Shown one piece after another: positions 37,691-48,883 of a stretch of 64,000 nt of DNA. Position 1 is the first letter of the stretch. The number at the start of each line of letters is the position of its first letter. Source of the DNA: a virus (Duplodnaviria; Caudoviricetes); IMG/VR virus record IMGVR_UViG_3300013901_000013, positions 25,592-89,591 of that record; one strand, given 5' to 3'. The position numbers and the translations under genes were made by a program. The notes under the pieces are model-generated. The model did no database searches. It was not told where the DNA came from and worked only from the letters and a program-made list of their open reading frames with translations.

Positions 37691-40432
37691 ATGGCTAAAT
37701 TGTATCCTCCAAATATAGGAGGAACAATTCCAGCCTTCTGTCGAAATTCTAGTGGGACTGTTAATTTAACAGTCCCTTTTTCTATGAATAGAGCAGTTGC
37801 AAGGGCGGAAGTTGCTGGATTTGTTCTAAAATTAAAAACTGTTAATGGTACATTTCTAGCAACTATTAATGCCGTTATTAATAATACAACTGGAACTCCT
37901 TATGATATTATTGATAGAATGGAAGTTGATTTTGATGTTACCAATGTAACAGGATTAAATGTTGGACAATATTATAAAGTCCAAATGGCATACATAAATC
38001 AAAATAATGAAGTTGGCTATTTTTCTACAGTTGGCGTAGCAAAATATACTGTACAACCGCAAGTAACTATAAAGAATCTTTCTTTTGGTAAGATTAATTC
38101 ACATGAATATCAATATACTGGTGTTTATAGCCAACTTAATGGTGACCCATCAGAGAAAATGTACTCATGTAGATTTAAGTTATTTGATGAAGATGAAAAT
38201 ATAATTGAAGATAGTGGCGATATAATTCATAATACCATGAATGATGATTTACGTTATGAGTCACATGAAGTATTTACGATTTCTAGAGATTTATCTTCAG
38301 AGAAATCATATTATATCGTTTTTACAGTTACAACTAATAATGAATTAACTGTATCTACTTCTAGATATAGAATAATGCAAAGACGTTCAATTAATCCAGA
38401 AATTATGGTTGATTTAAAAGCTGAATTAAATTACGATAATGGTTATATTAAATTAACTATGAGTAATGAAGAAGATTCAATTATTTCTGGAACTTTTTTA
38501 ATTGCGCGAGCTTGTAGTAAAGATGGCTATGTATGGGAAGAATTTAAACGCTTTGATATGCAGTCTATGGTTCCTAGTATGTGGAGTTTAATGGATTGTA
38601 CACTTGAGCAAGGAGTAACTTACAAGTATTCATTACAACAATATAATAATAATGGAGTATATTCTGACCGTATAGTTTCAAATGAATGTTATGCGGATTT
38701 TGAAGATGCCTTTTTATATGATGGTGAGAAGCAACTTAGAATCAGATTTGACCCGAAAGTATCTAGCTTTAAGAATGATTTACTCGAATCTAAGGTGGAA
38801 ACAATTGGAAGTACTCATCCATTTATTATCCGCAACGGAAATGTAAACTATAAAGAGTTTCCAGTAGCAGGATTAATTTCTTATCAGATGGATGAGGACG
38901 GACTATTTTGTTCTAAAAAATCTTTAGGCATTTCCGCAAACATAACAGACTTAACAAGTGAAAACATAAAAGCAGAAAGAGTGTTCAAACTTAAAGCATT
39001 AGAATGGTTGACTGATGGAAAGGCAAAACTATTCCGTTCCCCAACAGAGGGTAATTATATTGTACGTCTGCTTAATGTTTCCCTTTCACCTAATGACACT
39101 CTTGGACGTATGTTACATAGCTTTTCCGCAACTGCATACGAGATTGCAAAATTTAATACCCAGAGTCTTAGCGACTATAAGTTAATCGACACCGCAGAAA
39201 ACCTGACAACGCAAACGAGATGGGCTTCTACAGATTTGCGAGAATTTTATACGAAACTTAAAAAAGAAGCTGATGCAAATAAAAAGTCTCTAGGTAATAA
39301 ACTTGGACCAATTAATACTAGACAAGTATATTCAGTTACTTTTACTGATATGATGCCTGGTTCAATAGTTTATATTGGAGATACTTCCATTGAGATTGGT
39401 GCTACTGGAGCTTATATGATAGAGAGTAGTAGTCCAATTACTTATTTGGGTGTAGATAATTTCTCTGCGCAGCAAGGTGGAATTTGTACTTATAGTTATC
39501 AAACAAAAACTGTTAATGTGTTTAGTACAATTACAGAAGTTGAAGTTGAAGATATTCCTTGTGAACAAATTATTGGACAAGATTATTTATATAAATCAGA
39601 TGATTTAATTACTTCTTTAACTGATACAAGAACTCATATACTTCAAGTTCCTTTTGGAAGATTTATTAAAAGAACTATTCAGGATATTTATATTGATATA
39701 GATAGCCCAAATGATGTATACATAGGAATTAAAGATTGTCATTACTTCTGGGATATGGATGGTAAGGATATGATTGAAGAGTTTGACCCTTTAACTTTAT
39801 ATCATGTTAGATGTCATCGTACTGCGGGAAGTAGACAGGGATTTTTAAACGAAGGCTATTATATAGATGCAAATAATGATGTTTTTGCCCCTTATACAGA
39901 TTTTATTATAGACGGTAATCATCCTAGTGAATTAATTAAAATTACTGATGATATATTTTATTTAGAGATTGGCGATGAAATTATTGATTTGGATGAAACT
40001 GGAAAGTATACGCTTAAAGACGTAAATAATTATAGTTTAAAAATTAAACCGCATCTTGGTGTAATATCTGAAATTAGTTATTCACGTCAGATAGCTAAGT
40101 ATTCTTTTGAAGAAGAATCTGCCACAAGCGAAGCCTATGATAAAGTCTATAAAGCTAAACAAGCTTATGACCAAATTGCTAATGATTATGAACGTAATAG
40201 AGGTGGCGGTACAGATGCAGATACAAGCTATTCAGTTGAAGGAGTAAGTTATAATTTTAGAATTCATTCTACTAAAGATGATTCTCCTGATATATTATTA
40301 GCACAGATGAAAACAAGAGATGTTGGACTTAAAGGGCTAAAGAAGATGGCAGATGCTAAATATAAATATTATATTGAATGTTTAGATGCCGCAATTAAAT
40401 ATTATAAGAAAATAAATGGATTGGTGGAATGA
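37691..40432 (+). CDS. Tail/baseplate structural protein
   Basis: 913-aa beta-rich ORF in the tail-tip cluster. Confidence 0.55.
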   Translation: MAKLYPPNIGGTIPAFCRNSSGTVNLTVPFSMNRAVARAEVAGFVLKLKTVNGTFLATINAVINNTTGTPYDIIDRMEVDFDVTNVTGLNVGQYYKVQMAYINQNNEVGYFSTVGVAKYTVQPQVTIKNLSFGKINSHEYQYTGVYSQLNGDPSEKMYSCRFKLFDEDENIIEDSGDIIHNTMNDDLRYESHEVFTISRDLSSEKSYYIVFTVTTNNELTVSTSRYRIMQRRSINPEIMVDLKAELNYDNGYIKLTMSNEEDSIISGTFLIARACSKDGYVWEEFKRFDMQSMVPSMWSLMDCTLEQGVTYKYSLQQYNNNGVYSDRIVSNECYADFEDAFLYDGEKQLRIRFDPKVSSFKNDLLESKVETIGSTHPFIIRNGNVNYKEFPVAGLISYQMDEDGLFCSKKSLGISANITDLTSENIKAERVFKLKALEWLTDGKAKLFRSPTEGNYIVRLLNVSLSPNDTLGRMLHSFSATAYEIAKFNTQSLSDYKLIDTAENLTTQTRWASTDLREFYTKLKKEADANKKSLGNKLGPINTRQVYSVTFTDMMPGSIVYIGDTSIEIGATGAYMIESSSPITYLGVDNFSAQQGGICTYSYQTKTVNVFSTITEVEVEDIPCEQIIGQDYLYKSDDLITSLTDTRTHILQVPFGRFIKRTIQDIYIDIDSPNDVYIGIKDCHYFWDMDGKDMIEEFDPLTLYHVRCHRTAGSRQGFLNEGYYIDANNDVFAPYTDFIIDGNHPSELIKITDDIFYLEIGDEIIDLDETGKYTLKDVNNYSLKIKPHLGVISEISYSRQIAKYSFEEESATSEAYDKVYKAKQAYDQIANDYERNRGGGTDADTSYSVEGVSYNFRIHSTKDDSPDILLAQMKTRDVGLKGLKKMADAKYKYYIECLDAAIKYYKKINGLVE

Positions 40433-43004
40433 TGTTATGAATCCATTAGCAGATAAAGATTTCTTAAGAGAGCTAGATCAAAACAGAGAACGTGAGGTCT
40501 TTGCTAAAATAATTTCATTAAATTATGACGAAAATCCAATAGAAGAAATAACAGGTCGTGTAAGTTCAGGTACGGTTACCATAGATGGCTCATCATCTGT
40601 GCGCCGTTCCTGCTCTTTGAGCCTAATCGCGCAAGAGCTTAATATCCATGACTTCTATTGGGGTTTAACAACTAAGTTTAAATTATATGTAGGATTAAAG
40701 AATGATATTAATTCTATATATCCAGATATTATCTGGTTTCCTCTTGGAGTATATGTAATATCATCTTTTAACACTTCTCAGAATACAAATTCTTATACTG
40801 TTTCAATTCAAGGTAAAGATAAGATGTGTTTACTCAATGGCACTCTTGGTGGTACTGTAATGTCTTTAACCGCAGATTTTGGAACTGAAACTATAGAAGA
40901 TGAAAGCGGAGAATCTTATAAAGAAGATTTGCCAATTAAAAATATTATTCGGGAAGTAGTTCATGAGTATGCGCGAGAGCCTTATCATAATATTATTATT
41001 AATGATTTGGATACTTATGGATTGGAATTAATGGAATATCGTGGTTCATCTCCTATGTATATTCTTATTAATCAAGCTGATGAAGCTATAAATATTCGTA
41101 TGGATTTACACATGGAAGATATGTATTTGGGCAAATATCAGAATGGTCGATATATCTGGAGCATAAAGACTGGAGTATTTTTAGATAAACCAGACCAGAT
41201 GGAAGATGGATTCAGTCTAGTAACTGTTTATGATACTAGATTAGAATCTCTTGATGTAGAACAGCACCCAGACAGAATATCCACTCACCGCAATGGTAAA
41301 GATGATAATGGTAATGATAGTTATTATACAGTAATGAAAGCTGAATATGGTTCTTCTGTTGGTTACAAAGTAACTGAACTTACTTATTCAGGTGACCTAA
41401 TCGCGCAAGTTGGTAGTCCGGTAACTACTGCGGTTTTAGATAAAATAGTTTCTATGCTTGGGGATTTTGAGTACTTTTATGATTTACAAGGTAGATTTAT
41501 TTTTCAGCGTAAGAAAACTTATATTAATACTTCTTGGAATAATATTCGTTCAGACGCAGAAGATAAACAAGTTTATGTGGAATCCGCAGCTTATACTTCT
41601 GAAGTGACTTATTCATTTGAAAATTCTACTTTAATCACTTCATTTCAAAATAGTCCAGATTTTGATAATTTAAGAAATGACTATTCAATTTGGGGAACTA
41701 AAACTACAGTGAGTGGAAATGAAACACCTGTTCATTTAAGATATGCTTTAGATAAAAAACCTATTAGATATATTAATTATGAAGGAGATATTTATTCTAC
41801 TAGCGAAGATAATGAAATATTTATGGGACAAATTAATTGTGATTGGCGTGAGTTAATATATCAAATGGCTTCTGACTATATGAAGCATAATAGAGATGAT
41901 GATTTTTTAATTCGGGTGGGGAAAAATAATCCAGACTATTATCCTGATGGATATACAGGGTATGAGGTATATTACACAGATATTTATAGTTTTTGGAGAG
42001 ATTTATATAATCCAGATTATGAAAGCACATATTCTATTTGTTATGTAACCAAAAGTAACTATGAAGAAGCAATGAAAGCAGGAAAACCAGATTATTACTG
42101 GTATGACCAGTGTACAGATAAAACCGCATATCTACCAGAGAATGATTATTATTATAAAGATGCTTATGGTATATTCCAGAAGGTTCATTCAATGACTGCG
42201 GAGAAGCTAAAAAATAATACCTCATATTATTATACTTTGATTCAGTGTGATGCATCAATGCCATATGTAAATGGTAGAGATTATTATATAAAATCAGAGG
42301 GAGATTATATAACTTTAAAAAATTATAAAGATTTAGGAACTTCAATTAATAATATAGGATGGAATATTAATGTGATTAAATTCCCGCAACAGTTGAATTT
42401 TTGGTTCGATTTTTTATCTACTGAGGGCGAATTAGACCAATATTCTGTACGTAATATTGGAACTAGGCCGAAAGCTGAAAATGATTCTGATGTAAAAGCT
42501 ATTTATTTTAGAGATATTCCTACAATTTTATTTTTGGGTGTTGAGGATACTAAAGAGCAAATTAAAAGAGATTTAAAAATTAATTATGAGAATTATGGTC
42601 TTACCAAAGAAAAAGTTGAAGCAATGTCAGACGCACAATTAGAGGACTATATTACACAGAATAATTTAATTTCTAAATTAATTGCAAAACAAAAAGATGA
42701 AATGCCTGGTTATGCTTTTATTCAACTGCCAGATTATTTAGAAAATCTTTTTACAATAAGCTCGCAAGGTAAATGCGCCAAAGATTCACTTGACTCTTGG
42801 CTGTATAAGTATACTTATTGTACTGAAACTGTATCTTTAACTTCAATTCCTATTTATTATTTAGAGCCTAATACTAGAGTTTATATACATGATGATAATA
42901 GTGGAATAGATGGGGAATATATAGTTGATAGAATTTCTTTACCGCTTCAATATAGCGGTACAATGAATATTTCAGCTACTAAAGCGGCTGAAAGAATTTA
43001 TTAA
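40416..43004 (+). CDS. Probable baseplate hub/Tal-like tail protein
   Basis: GTVTIDGSSSVRRSCSLSL N-terminus and C-terminal IVDRISLPL...MNISA hub-like strands. Confidence 0.55.
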   Translation: MDWWNDVMNPLADKDFLRELDQNREREVFAKIISLNYDENPIEEITGRVSSGTVTIDGSSSVRRSCSLSLIAQELNIHDFYWGLTTKFKLYVGLKNDINSIYPDIIWFPLGVYVISSFNTSQNTNSYTVSIQGKDKMCLLNGTLGGTVMSLTADFGTETIEDESGESYKEDLPIKNIIREVVHEYAREPYHNIIINDLDTYGLELMEYRGSSPMYILINQADEAINIRMDLHMEDMYLGKYQNGRYIWSIKTGVFLDKPDQMEDGFSLVTVYDTRLESLDVEQHPDRISTHRNGKDDNGNDSYYTVMKAEYGSSVGYKVTELTYSGDLIAQVGSPVTTAVLDKIVSMLGDFEYFYDLQGRFIFQRKKTYINTSWNNIRSDAEDKQVYVESAAYTSEVTYSFENSTLITSFQNSPDFDNLRNDYSIWGTKTTVSGNETPVHLRYALDKKPIRYINYEGDIYSTSEDNEIFMGQINCDWRELIYQMASDYMKHNRDDDFLIRVGKNNPDYYPDGYTGYEVYYTDIYSFWRDLYNPDYESTYSICYVTKSNYEEAMKAGKPDYYWYDQCTDKTAYLPENDYYYKDAYGIFQKVHSMTAEKLKNNTSYYYTLIQCDASMPYVNGRDYYIKSEGDYITLKNYKDLGTSINNIGWNINVIKFPQQLNFWFDFLSTEGELDQYSVRNIGTRPKAENDSDVKAIYFRDIPTILFLGVEDTKEQIKRDLKINYENYGLTKEKVEAMSDAQLEDYITQNNLISKLIAKQKDEMPGYAFIQLPDYLENLFTISSQGKCAKDSLDSWLYKYTYCTETVSLTSIPIYYLEPNTRVYIHDDNSGIDGEYIVDRISLPLQYSGTMNISATKAAERIY

Positions 43005-43019
43005 GGAGGATAAGGAGAA

Positions 43020-43388
43020 ATGGCTAATAGAATTAGACAATATCGTTTTTATAATAATAAAAACGGAGCTAATAAGAATTATCCAGCTACTATTATGATT
43101 AATACTGTCAGTACAGATGTTACTCTTGACCATTATACAAATGGTACAGTATTTGAAAATAATTTTCCTATTCTACAGCTTGGTATTCAGGCTCCTCCTG
43201 GAACTAAGTTTAGAATAAATAATGGTGATGATATTATTATTGGAACTACTGGAATTTTTGAATTAGATTTAGAAGGAAAAACTGAGATTACAAGTCTTAT
43301 GTTTGACGCGGTCTCAATGGCATTTATTAATGCTAATGATAATCTAAGTTTAATTGTTGATACAATATATGATGATGGAAAGGAGTAA
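43020..43388 (+). CDS. Small beta-rich tail protein
   Basis: LGIQAPPGTKF.IN....IIIG.TGIFE motif; RBS present. Confidence 0.6.
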   Translation: MANRIRQYRFYNNKNGANKNYPATIMINTVSTDVTLDHYTNGTVFENNFPILQLGIQAPPGTKFRINNGDDIIIGTTGIFELDLEGKTEITSLMFDAVSMAFINANDNLSLIVDTIYDDGKE

Positions 43389-43392
43389 ATAA

Positions 43393-46300
43393 ATGGGATT
43401 TTATGGTAATATAACAAATACTTCAAGAACTTCTTTCCAGTTTGACAAGACTTATTCAAGTCGTTATGTTATGGACCAAGCTGTAGCAAGTGATGGTGTT
43501 TTTATTGGACGTTTTGTATTAATAGAATATGATAAGAATATCAATAAACTTGATTATATAACAGCTTATAAAAGAGTTGAAGGAAAACGACCTATTTTTG
43601 GTATAGGATTTGGTAAAAATGGAGCTTTAAACAGATTTATAATTGGGAAGACTACTGCGGACAGCGCAATTACAGATGGTACTGTTATTAGAATTCCTGG
43701 CAAAGAAAAAGATGGAACAAATTATTTTAATCATACCTATAAAGAGATAGGTTTAACTAAAGATTCTTATAAATTAAATACATATTATATTTATGATGGT
43801 GGGGAATTTGTTTTATCTAAGAAACCATATGATAGTTCTGCAATTTATTTTGAATTAACATATGGTGAAAGTGATGAATACTATATTGCACATGGTAATG
43901 TTGGTGAAGAAGCACAATTTACTAGAATTAAAACTACTGCCGCAGATGCTAATAGTACAACATATACAAATTATGTATTTAACTTTAATCTAGATAATGA
44001 AGTATATGGTGCAAGTAGAGGATATGATTCTACTGTGTGGCAAAAAGTGTATACAGATAACGTACAGAAATATGTAATGGTAGCAGAATTAAATTCTGTT
44101 GTTCCTACGTTTGATGTATCCCCAGATGCTCCTACATTAGTGCCTATGGTTCCTCACTTTGATACTGATAGCACGAACGTATATTATAAATTACATTGGC
44201 AACCAGCTTGGGGGTTAAGAGTTAAGTCTTCTCTTAATAATTTGCGTTCAACCCAACTTAATCCAGATGGCACCGCAGTTAATGGTACAAGTATTCTTAT
44301 GTCTGATAATTTAAAAGAATATCCATCAGATGTAACAACTACATGGATTAAACAAGAATATGACCCAGAATCTGGCGATATGGTTTCTAGTTATCTGAGT
44401 TATGAAGAGCCAGATAATGATTATGATAACAATGGTATTTGGAAACAACAACTTCAAGATGAAGAAATTACACCTATACCTGCCGCAATTTATTTCAATA
44501 AAGCTGGTTTTAACCAAGATACAGTTACCTATAGTAATGACAAAGATTATGAAGGTTGGGGAAAAAGTAAAAAAGTTACTGATGAAATTAATGTTCTTCC
44601 AACAGGTAAAAGTGGACATCAATATAATCCACATGATGGCACTGTAGATAAACAATCTAAAGTAGATACTCAAGAAATTGAAGTAATGCTTCCTTCTCTT
44701 GGAGATAGTGTAGCTAAGATGTGGGATTTAGTTTATGGCGGAAGAGATACTACTGAAAGTATTAAGAAAACCAATCGCCGCAACACTGATATAAACTGGG
44801 AAGATGGATATGCAGTTTTAAATCGTCAAGGTCTTCGTATGGTTAAAGATACTAATGAAGCAATGACTTACATTAAAGATAAAGGTGATAATAAATATAA
44901 TAAATCTGCGGTTAATACTCTCGCGGGATGTATTAATTCAGTTCATGACCTTATGGGTATGATTATTATGCCTAAATCAGGAGACGAAATAACTGCTGAT
45001 ATAGAAAAGTATGATGAAGATAAAATATACTATAACACTAATACACATCAGTATTATAGAAAACATCAGACTTATACCTATGATGATATTCCATTTAATT
45101 CAGAAAATTACACTATGAAAGTAGTAGATATTGATGCTAATAATTATACACCAGGTTTATATTACATTAGTACTTCTACTGGAAGCAACGTAAAACCAGA
45201 GAATTGCTCTGTTTCTGATGGAGCTTATGATTCTAGTAAAACTTACTACATGAAGCAACTAAAGAAAGAAATTTCTGATGAAGAAGTTATAGTAGATAGT
45301 AATTTATTAGATTTTTCCAAAGGCGATTATTGGTTTGGCGAGCAACCTACTGGTAAATATATTAAAACTAATGTACCATTTCAGAATTATGTTAAGGAAG
45401 ATACATACCATAAAGGTAAAACTTATTTTACAATTAAAAATCCGACTAAAGAAGAATTAATGGATGATTATGAAAAAGGAACTCTTTATACTCATTTTAA
45501 TTCTAAATCTTTTTATAATGCTACTCTTGATAAACAAGAAGTTTGGACTAATGGTTATGAACTATGTTGGGATGAAAAATATTCTGATGGTAAAGAATAT
45601 TATAGAATTAATAAAGTTTATTCTTTAAAAGAGGCTAATTTTGATGGTATTTATTTGCCAGGTGTATTTTATTATAAAGCAAAAGCTGATAGTGCAACAA
45701 GAGAACCATGGACTTCTAAGGAAGATGGAGATTTTGTTTATGCCCTTGATACTACTCTAAGAGGTACTGGTACTGAAACTAATACTACTGAAAGAACTCA
45801 TTACGCCATCACTGCTGAATCAGCATCGGGCGGAGATGGAAATACTTTTATTCTTGTTACTGAGTACCGCAAAGTAACATTGACAGAAAAGAATTATGCA
45901 AAAGGTAAATATTATTATTATGTAAATGGAGCTGCCACTCCAATTAATTATGATAAATTAGGCGATGTTCCTGATAATATTAAAAATAATGCTTATGAGA
46001 AATTATTAGTTTATAAACGTGCAGATACAGAAACTGTAGTAATTAATGAAAATAATCCATTACAGTTAAGACCATATGATGAATCTGAGCAATGGTATAA
46101 ACGTTTTGTGGACACTAAAACAAAAGAAGTATTTTATGGCTTACTTGATATAGATAATGTTGATAGGTCTTGTACTGAAGACTATTATACTTTTACAGAC
46201 CCTTCTAACAAAGCAGCAAAACCAGACCTTGAAAAAGTTGATAGATTCTATACTCCTAGCAAGTATTATTATAAGATTACTGATAAAAATAGTAAATTTA

Positions 46301-48795
46301 AAAATAGTTATTTAATTGATAATCAAGAACATATTGACCGTGATGAAGATGTTGAAGATTTTTATTATACTATCAATCCTAATTCTATTACTTTAGTTGG
46401 TGGGGCAGATAAATTTTTTGACCCTACTACTTACTATGATGAAAATGGTAATTTAATTGATAATGATTTGGTTCCCGAAATTAAAAAGGATGATAAGCTG
46501 GTTGCCATGTTAGAAGAATTGCAGAATGAACCCGCGAATGGAACAACCATATACAAAAAACGTGACGTATATGTAGTTAATGACACTCTTGGTAAATATC
46601 CAAAAGGAACTCCATGGAGTAAAGATGTGCTGTCTGTACCAGCTTCTATTACGCTTGGTATTCGTGATGATGCATATGATGCTAAACCTTTAGAGGGATT
46701 TGCGGATACACTAAATACAATTCATGGTTTAATTCTTCGTATCAATAATATTTTAGAAGCAGAAGATGAGCTTACAAGAGATACTGATACAGTTCAAGGT
46801 TGCATTAATCGCATGAAAGACATTCTTGTTAAAATTGAAGCTTTGAATCCATCAGAGATGGTTGTTGTTGACGCTTATGGAAGAATTCATAGTGCAAAAT
46901 ATAGTACAAAACAAAGTGCAACTGCGGATGTAGTTAAAGAGACTAATAGAGATGATGGCATTAAAGGTGATAAATTTGCTAAAACCGCAAGTCTTGATAC
47001 AATGAAAGACCAGTGGTTGACATTATATGTTAATGATAATCCATCCAATCCTACCATTTCTTTAAGACATAATTTCCAACCAGTAGAAGATACAGATCAT
47101 TCTTCTAACTTGAACGAGTTACAAAAAAATTCTGTTGATTTATATACTCCAAAAGTAGATAAAATGGGACACGTGGTTGGTAAACATATTGAAACTATTA
47201 CTTTACCTTATGGATTTAAGACTATAACGAGTAATGGTCGTGGTTCATCCACGGGCGTTAATACAGGTGATGTAAGTAAATCCATTATTACCGCAGGAAA
47301 TACTCAAGATAGTATAGCTATTAATTCTGGTAATAAATGGATTAGAATTGATGGAAATACAAATAATAAGAGTCTAACTATTGCACATGATATTCATGAA
47401 TTTAGTAGTGGAAAAGCTAATACTCAATATGGTTTAATAGCTAGTAAATCTATTACCGAATTAGATAAAGATAATACATTTACTATTCCTTATTTTAAGT
47501 TTGATGAAGCTGGCCATATTACTGAAGCTGGTGATAATACAGTTACTATCCCAGAGGTATTCACAAAGATTTCAGTTACCACAAGTACTGATACTGGTAA
47601 TTCAACTGCGGGTACAGCTGGCTCTTGTGAAGCAGATAGTTTACAAGATATATTAACTTTAGCCGAGGGAAATAAATGGATTAATTTAATTGCTGATGCA
47701 GACAAAGATAAAATTACTATTTCTCATTATGTTAGTGCATTTTCACAAACAAATAATTCTATTGATTTCAATGGAAAAAATGCTGCAAGTACATTTGATG
47801 TTCTAACTATTGAATGGGATAAAGCAGGTCATTTAATAAGTAGTGTTAAAAATACTTTTACTCTTCCAAACGCATTTTCGAGTATAAAAATCGGAAGCTC
47901 CTCCTCAACTGGAATTGCGGAAATAGCAGCCGCAAGTGGCACAGTGGATGCAGGCTCAATAAAAGATGCTGTAACATTTAGTGTAGGAAATAGATGGCTA
48001 AATATAAGTGTAAATCCTGATAATAAAACTATCACTTTCGCGCACACAGCGCCAGATAGTAATAGTACTTCTACAGCAACTACTATAACAAATGAACAAA
48101 CTCCTGCGTTTGATGGAACCTTTAATATTCCAGTAGTGAAATATGACCAAATGGGACATATCTTTGCTGTTGGAACTACTACAGTTAAAATTCCTAATAT
48201 TAGTTTGTCTGGTAACGGTACTGGTAATGTAGTTACTGGTTTAAGCTATAGTAATGGCGCATTTAGTCTGTCTAAGGCAAATATTGGTACTTTGGCAATT
48301 ACAGGATATAGTCCAGTTGCTAATGGCTCTTTGGTAGATTCAGATACATTAAATGGAGCTTTGAATAAGCTAGATTCAGCTATTGTAAGTGAAACATCCA
48401 ATAGAACTAAAGCAATCGAAGCATTAGATATGGCTGAAGTTACTGCGGGTAAAGGTAAAATTATTAGCACTATTAAACAAGTTGATGGTGAAGTTACTGT
48501 AACAACTCGTGATTTAGTTAAAGAAGATATTACCCCTTTACTTAGTGATTATAGCACATCAACCCAAATTGCAAATACTTATGCAACTAAGGGCTCACTT
48601 GGAACTATGTCTAGTAAGAATGCAGATTCTTATTATACAAAGACAGAAATTGACGGAAAAAATTATTTAACCGCAGATTCTGAATTTGAATATTCACAGG
48701 ATGTAGAAAACCCTGTGACAATGACTATTGCAGGATTAGTTCAAAAAGTAGCCGAGTTAGAAGCTAAGATTGCAGAATTAACTCCAACTGTTTAA
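43393..48795 (+). CDS. Tail fibre-like protein with internal repeats (1800 aa)
   Basis: About 110-aa GN(K/R)W...GH repeats, Tyr-rich modules, C-terminal coiled coil. Confidence 0.65.
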   Translation: MGFYGNITNTSRTSFQFDKTYSSRYVMDQAVASDGVFIGRFVLIEYDKNINKLDYITAYKRVEGKRPIFGIGFGKNGALNRFIIGKTTADSAITDGTVIRIPGKEKDGTNYFNHTYKEIGLTKDSYKLNTYYIYDGGEFVLSKKPYDSSAIYFELTYGESDEYYIAHGNVGEEAQFTRIKTTAADANSTTYTNYVFNFNLDNEVYGASRGYDSTVWQKVYTDNVQKYVMVAELNSVVPTFDVSPDAPTLVPMVPHFDTDSTNVYYKLHWQPAWGLRVKSSLNNLRSTQLNPDGTAVNGTSILMSDNLKEYPSDVTTTWIKQEYDPESGDMVSSYLSYEEPDNDYDNNGIWKQQLQDEEITPIPAAIYFNKAGFNQDTVTYSNDKDYEGWGKSKKVTDEINVLPTGKSGHQYNPHDGTVDKQSKVDTQEIEVMLPSLGDSVAKMWDLVYGGRDTTESIKKTNRRNTDINWEDGYAVLNRQGLRMVKDTNEAMTYIKDKGDNKYNKSAVNTLAGCINSVHDLMGMIIMPKSGDEITADIEKYDEDKIYYNTNTHQYYRKHQTYTYDDIPFNSENYTMKVVDIDANNYTPGLYYISTSTGSNVKPENCSVSDGAYDSSKTYYMKQLKKEISDEEVIVDSNLLDFSKGDYWFGEQPTGKYIKTNVPFQNYVKEDTYHKGKTYFTIKNPTKEELMDDYEKGTLYTHFNSKSFYNATLDKQEVWTNGYELCWDEKYSDGKEYYRINKVYSLKEANFDGIYLPGVFYYKAKADSATREPWTSKEDGDFVYALDTTLRGTGTETNTTERTHYAITAESASGGDGNTFILVTEYRKVTLTEKNYAKGKYYYYVNGAATPINYDKLGDVPDNIKNNAYEKLLVYKRADTETVVINENNPLQLRPYDESEQWYKRFVDTKTKEVFYGLLDIDNVDRSCTEDYYTFTDPSNKAAKPDLEKVDRFYTPSKYYYKITDKNSKFKNSYLIDNQEHIDRDEDVEDFYYTINPNSITLVGGADKFFDPTTYYDENGNLIDNDLVPEIKKDDKLVAMLEELQNEPANGTTIYKKRDVYVVNDTLGKYPKGTPWSKDVLSVPASITLGIRDDAYDAKPLEGFADTLNTIHGLILRINNILEAEDELTRDTDTVQGCINRMKDILVKIEALNPSEMVVVDAYGRIHSAKYSTKQSATADVVKETNRDDGIKGDKFAKTASLDTMKDQWLTLYVNDNPSNPTISLRHNFQPVEDTDHSSNLNELQKNSVDLYTPKVDKMGHVVGKHIETITLPYGFKTITSNGRGSSTGVNTGDVSKSIITAGNTQDSIAINSGNKWIRIDGNTNNKSLTIAHDIHEFSSGKANTQYGLIASKSITELDKDNTFTIPYFKFDEAGHITEAGDNTVTIPEVFTKISVTTSTDTGNSTAGTAGSCEADSLQDILTLAEGNKWINLIADADKDKITISHYVSAFSQTNNSIDFNGKNAASTFDVLTIEWDKAGHLISSVKNTFTLPNAFSSIKIGSSSSTGIAEIAAASGTVDAGSIKDAVTFSVGNRWLNISVNPDNKTITFAHTAPDSNSTSTATTITNEQTPAFDGTFNIPVVKYDQMGHIFAVGTTTVKIPNISLSGNGTGNVVTGLSYSNGAFSLSKANIGTLAITGYSPVANGSLVDSDTLNGALNKLDSAIVSETSNRTKAIEALDMAEVTAGKGKIISTIKQVDGEVTVTTRDLVKEDITPLLSDYSTSTQIANTYATKGSLGTMSSKNADSYYTKTEIDGKNYLTADSEFEYSQDVENPVTMTIAGLVQKVAELEAKIAELTPTV

Positions 48796-48798
48796 TAG

Positions 48799-48828
48799 AT
48801 AAGTCTGGCCGCAAGGTCAGACTTATTT
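48799..48828 (+). terminator. Hairpin terminator with GCAA tetraloop
   Basis: ATAAGTCTGGCC/GGTCAGACTTAT stem. Confidence 0.7.
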
Positions 48829-48883
48829 AATTTTATTTTTTAAAAACTAAAAATAAATAGAGAGAACAAAGGAGGTATTTGTT

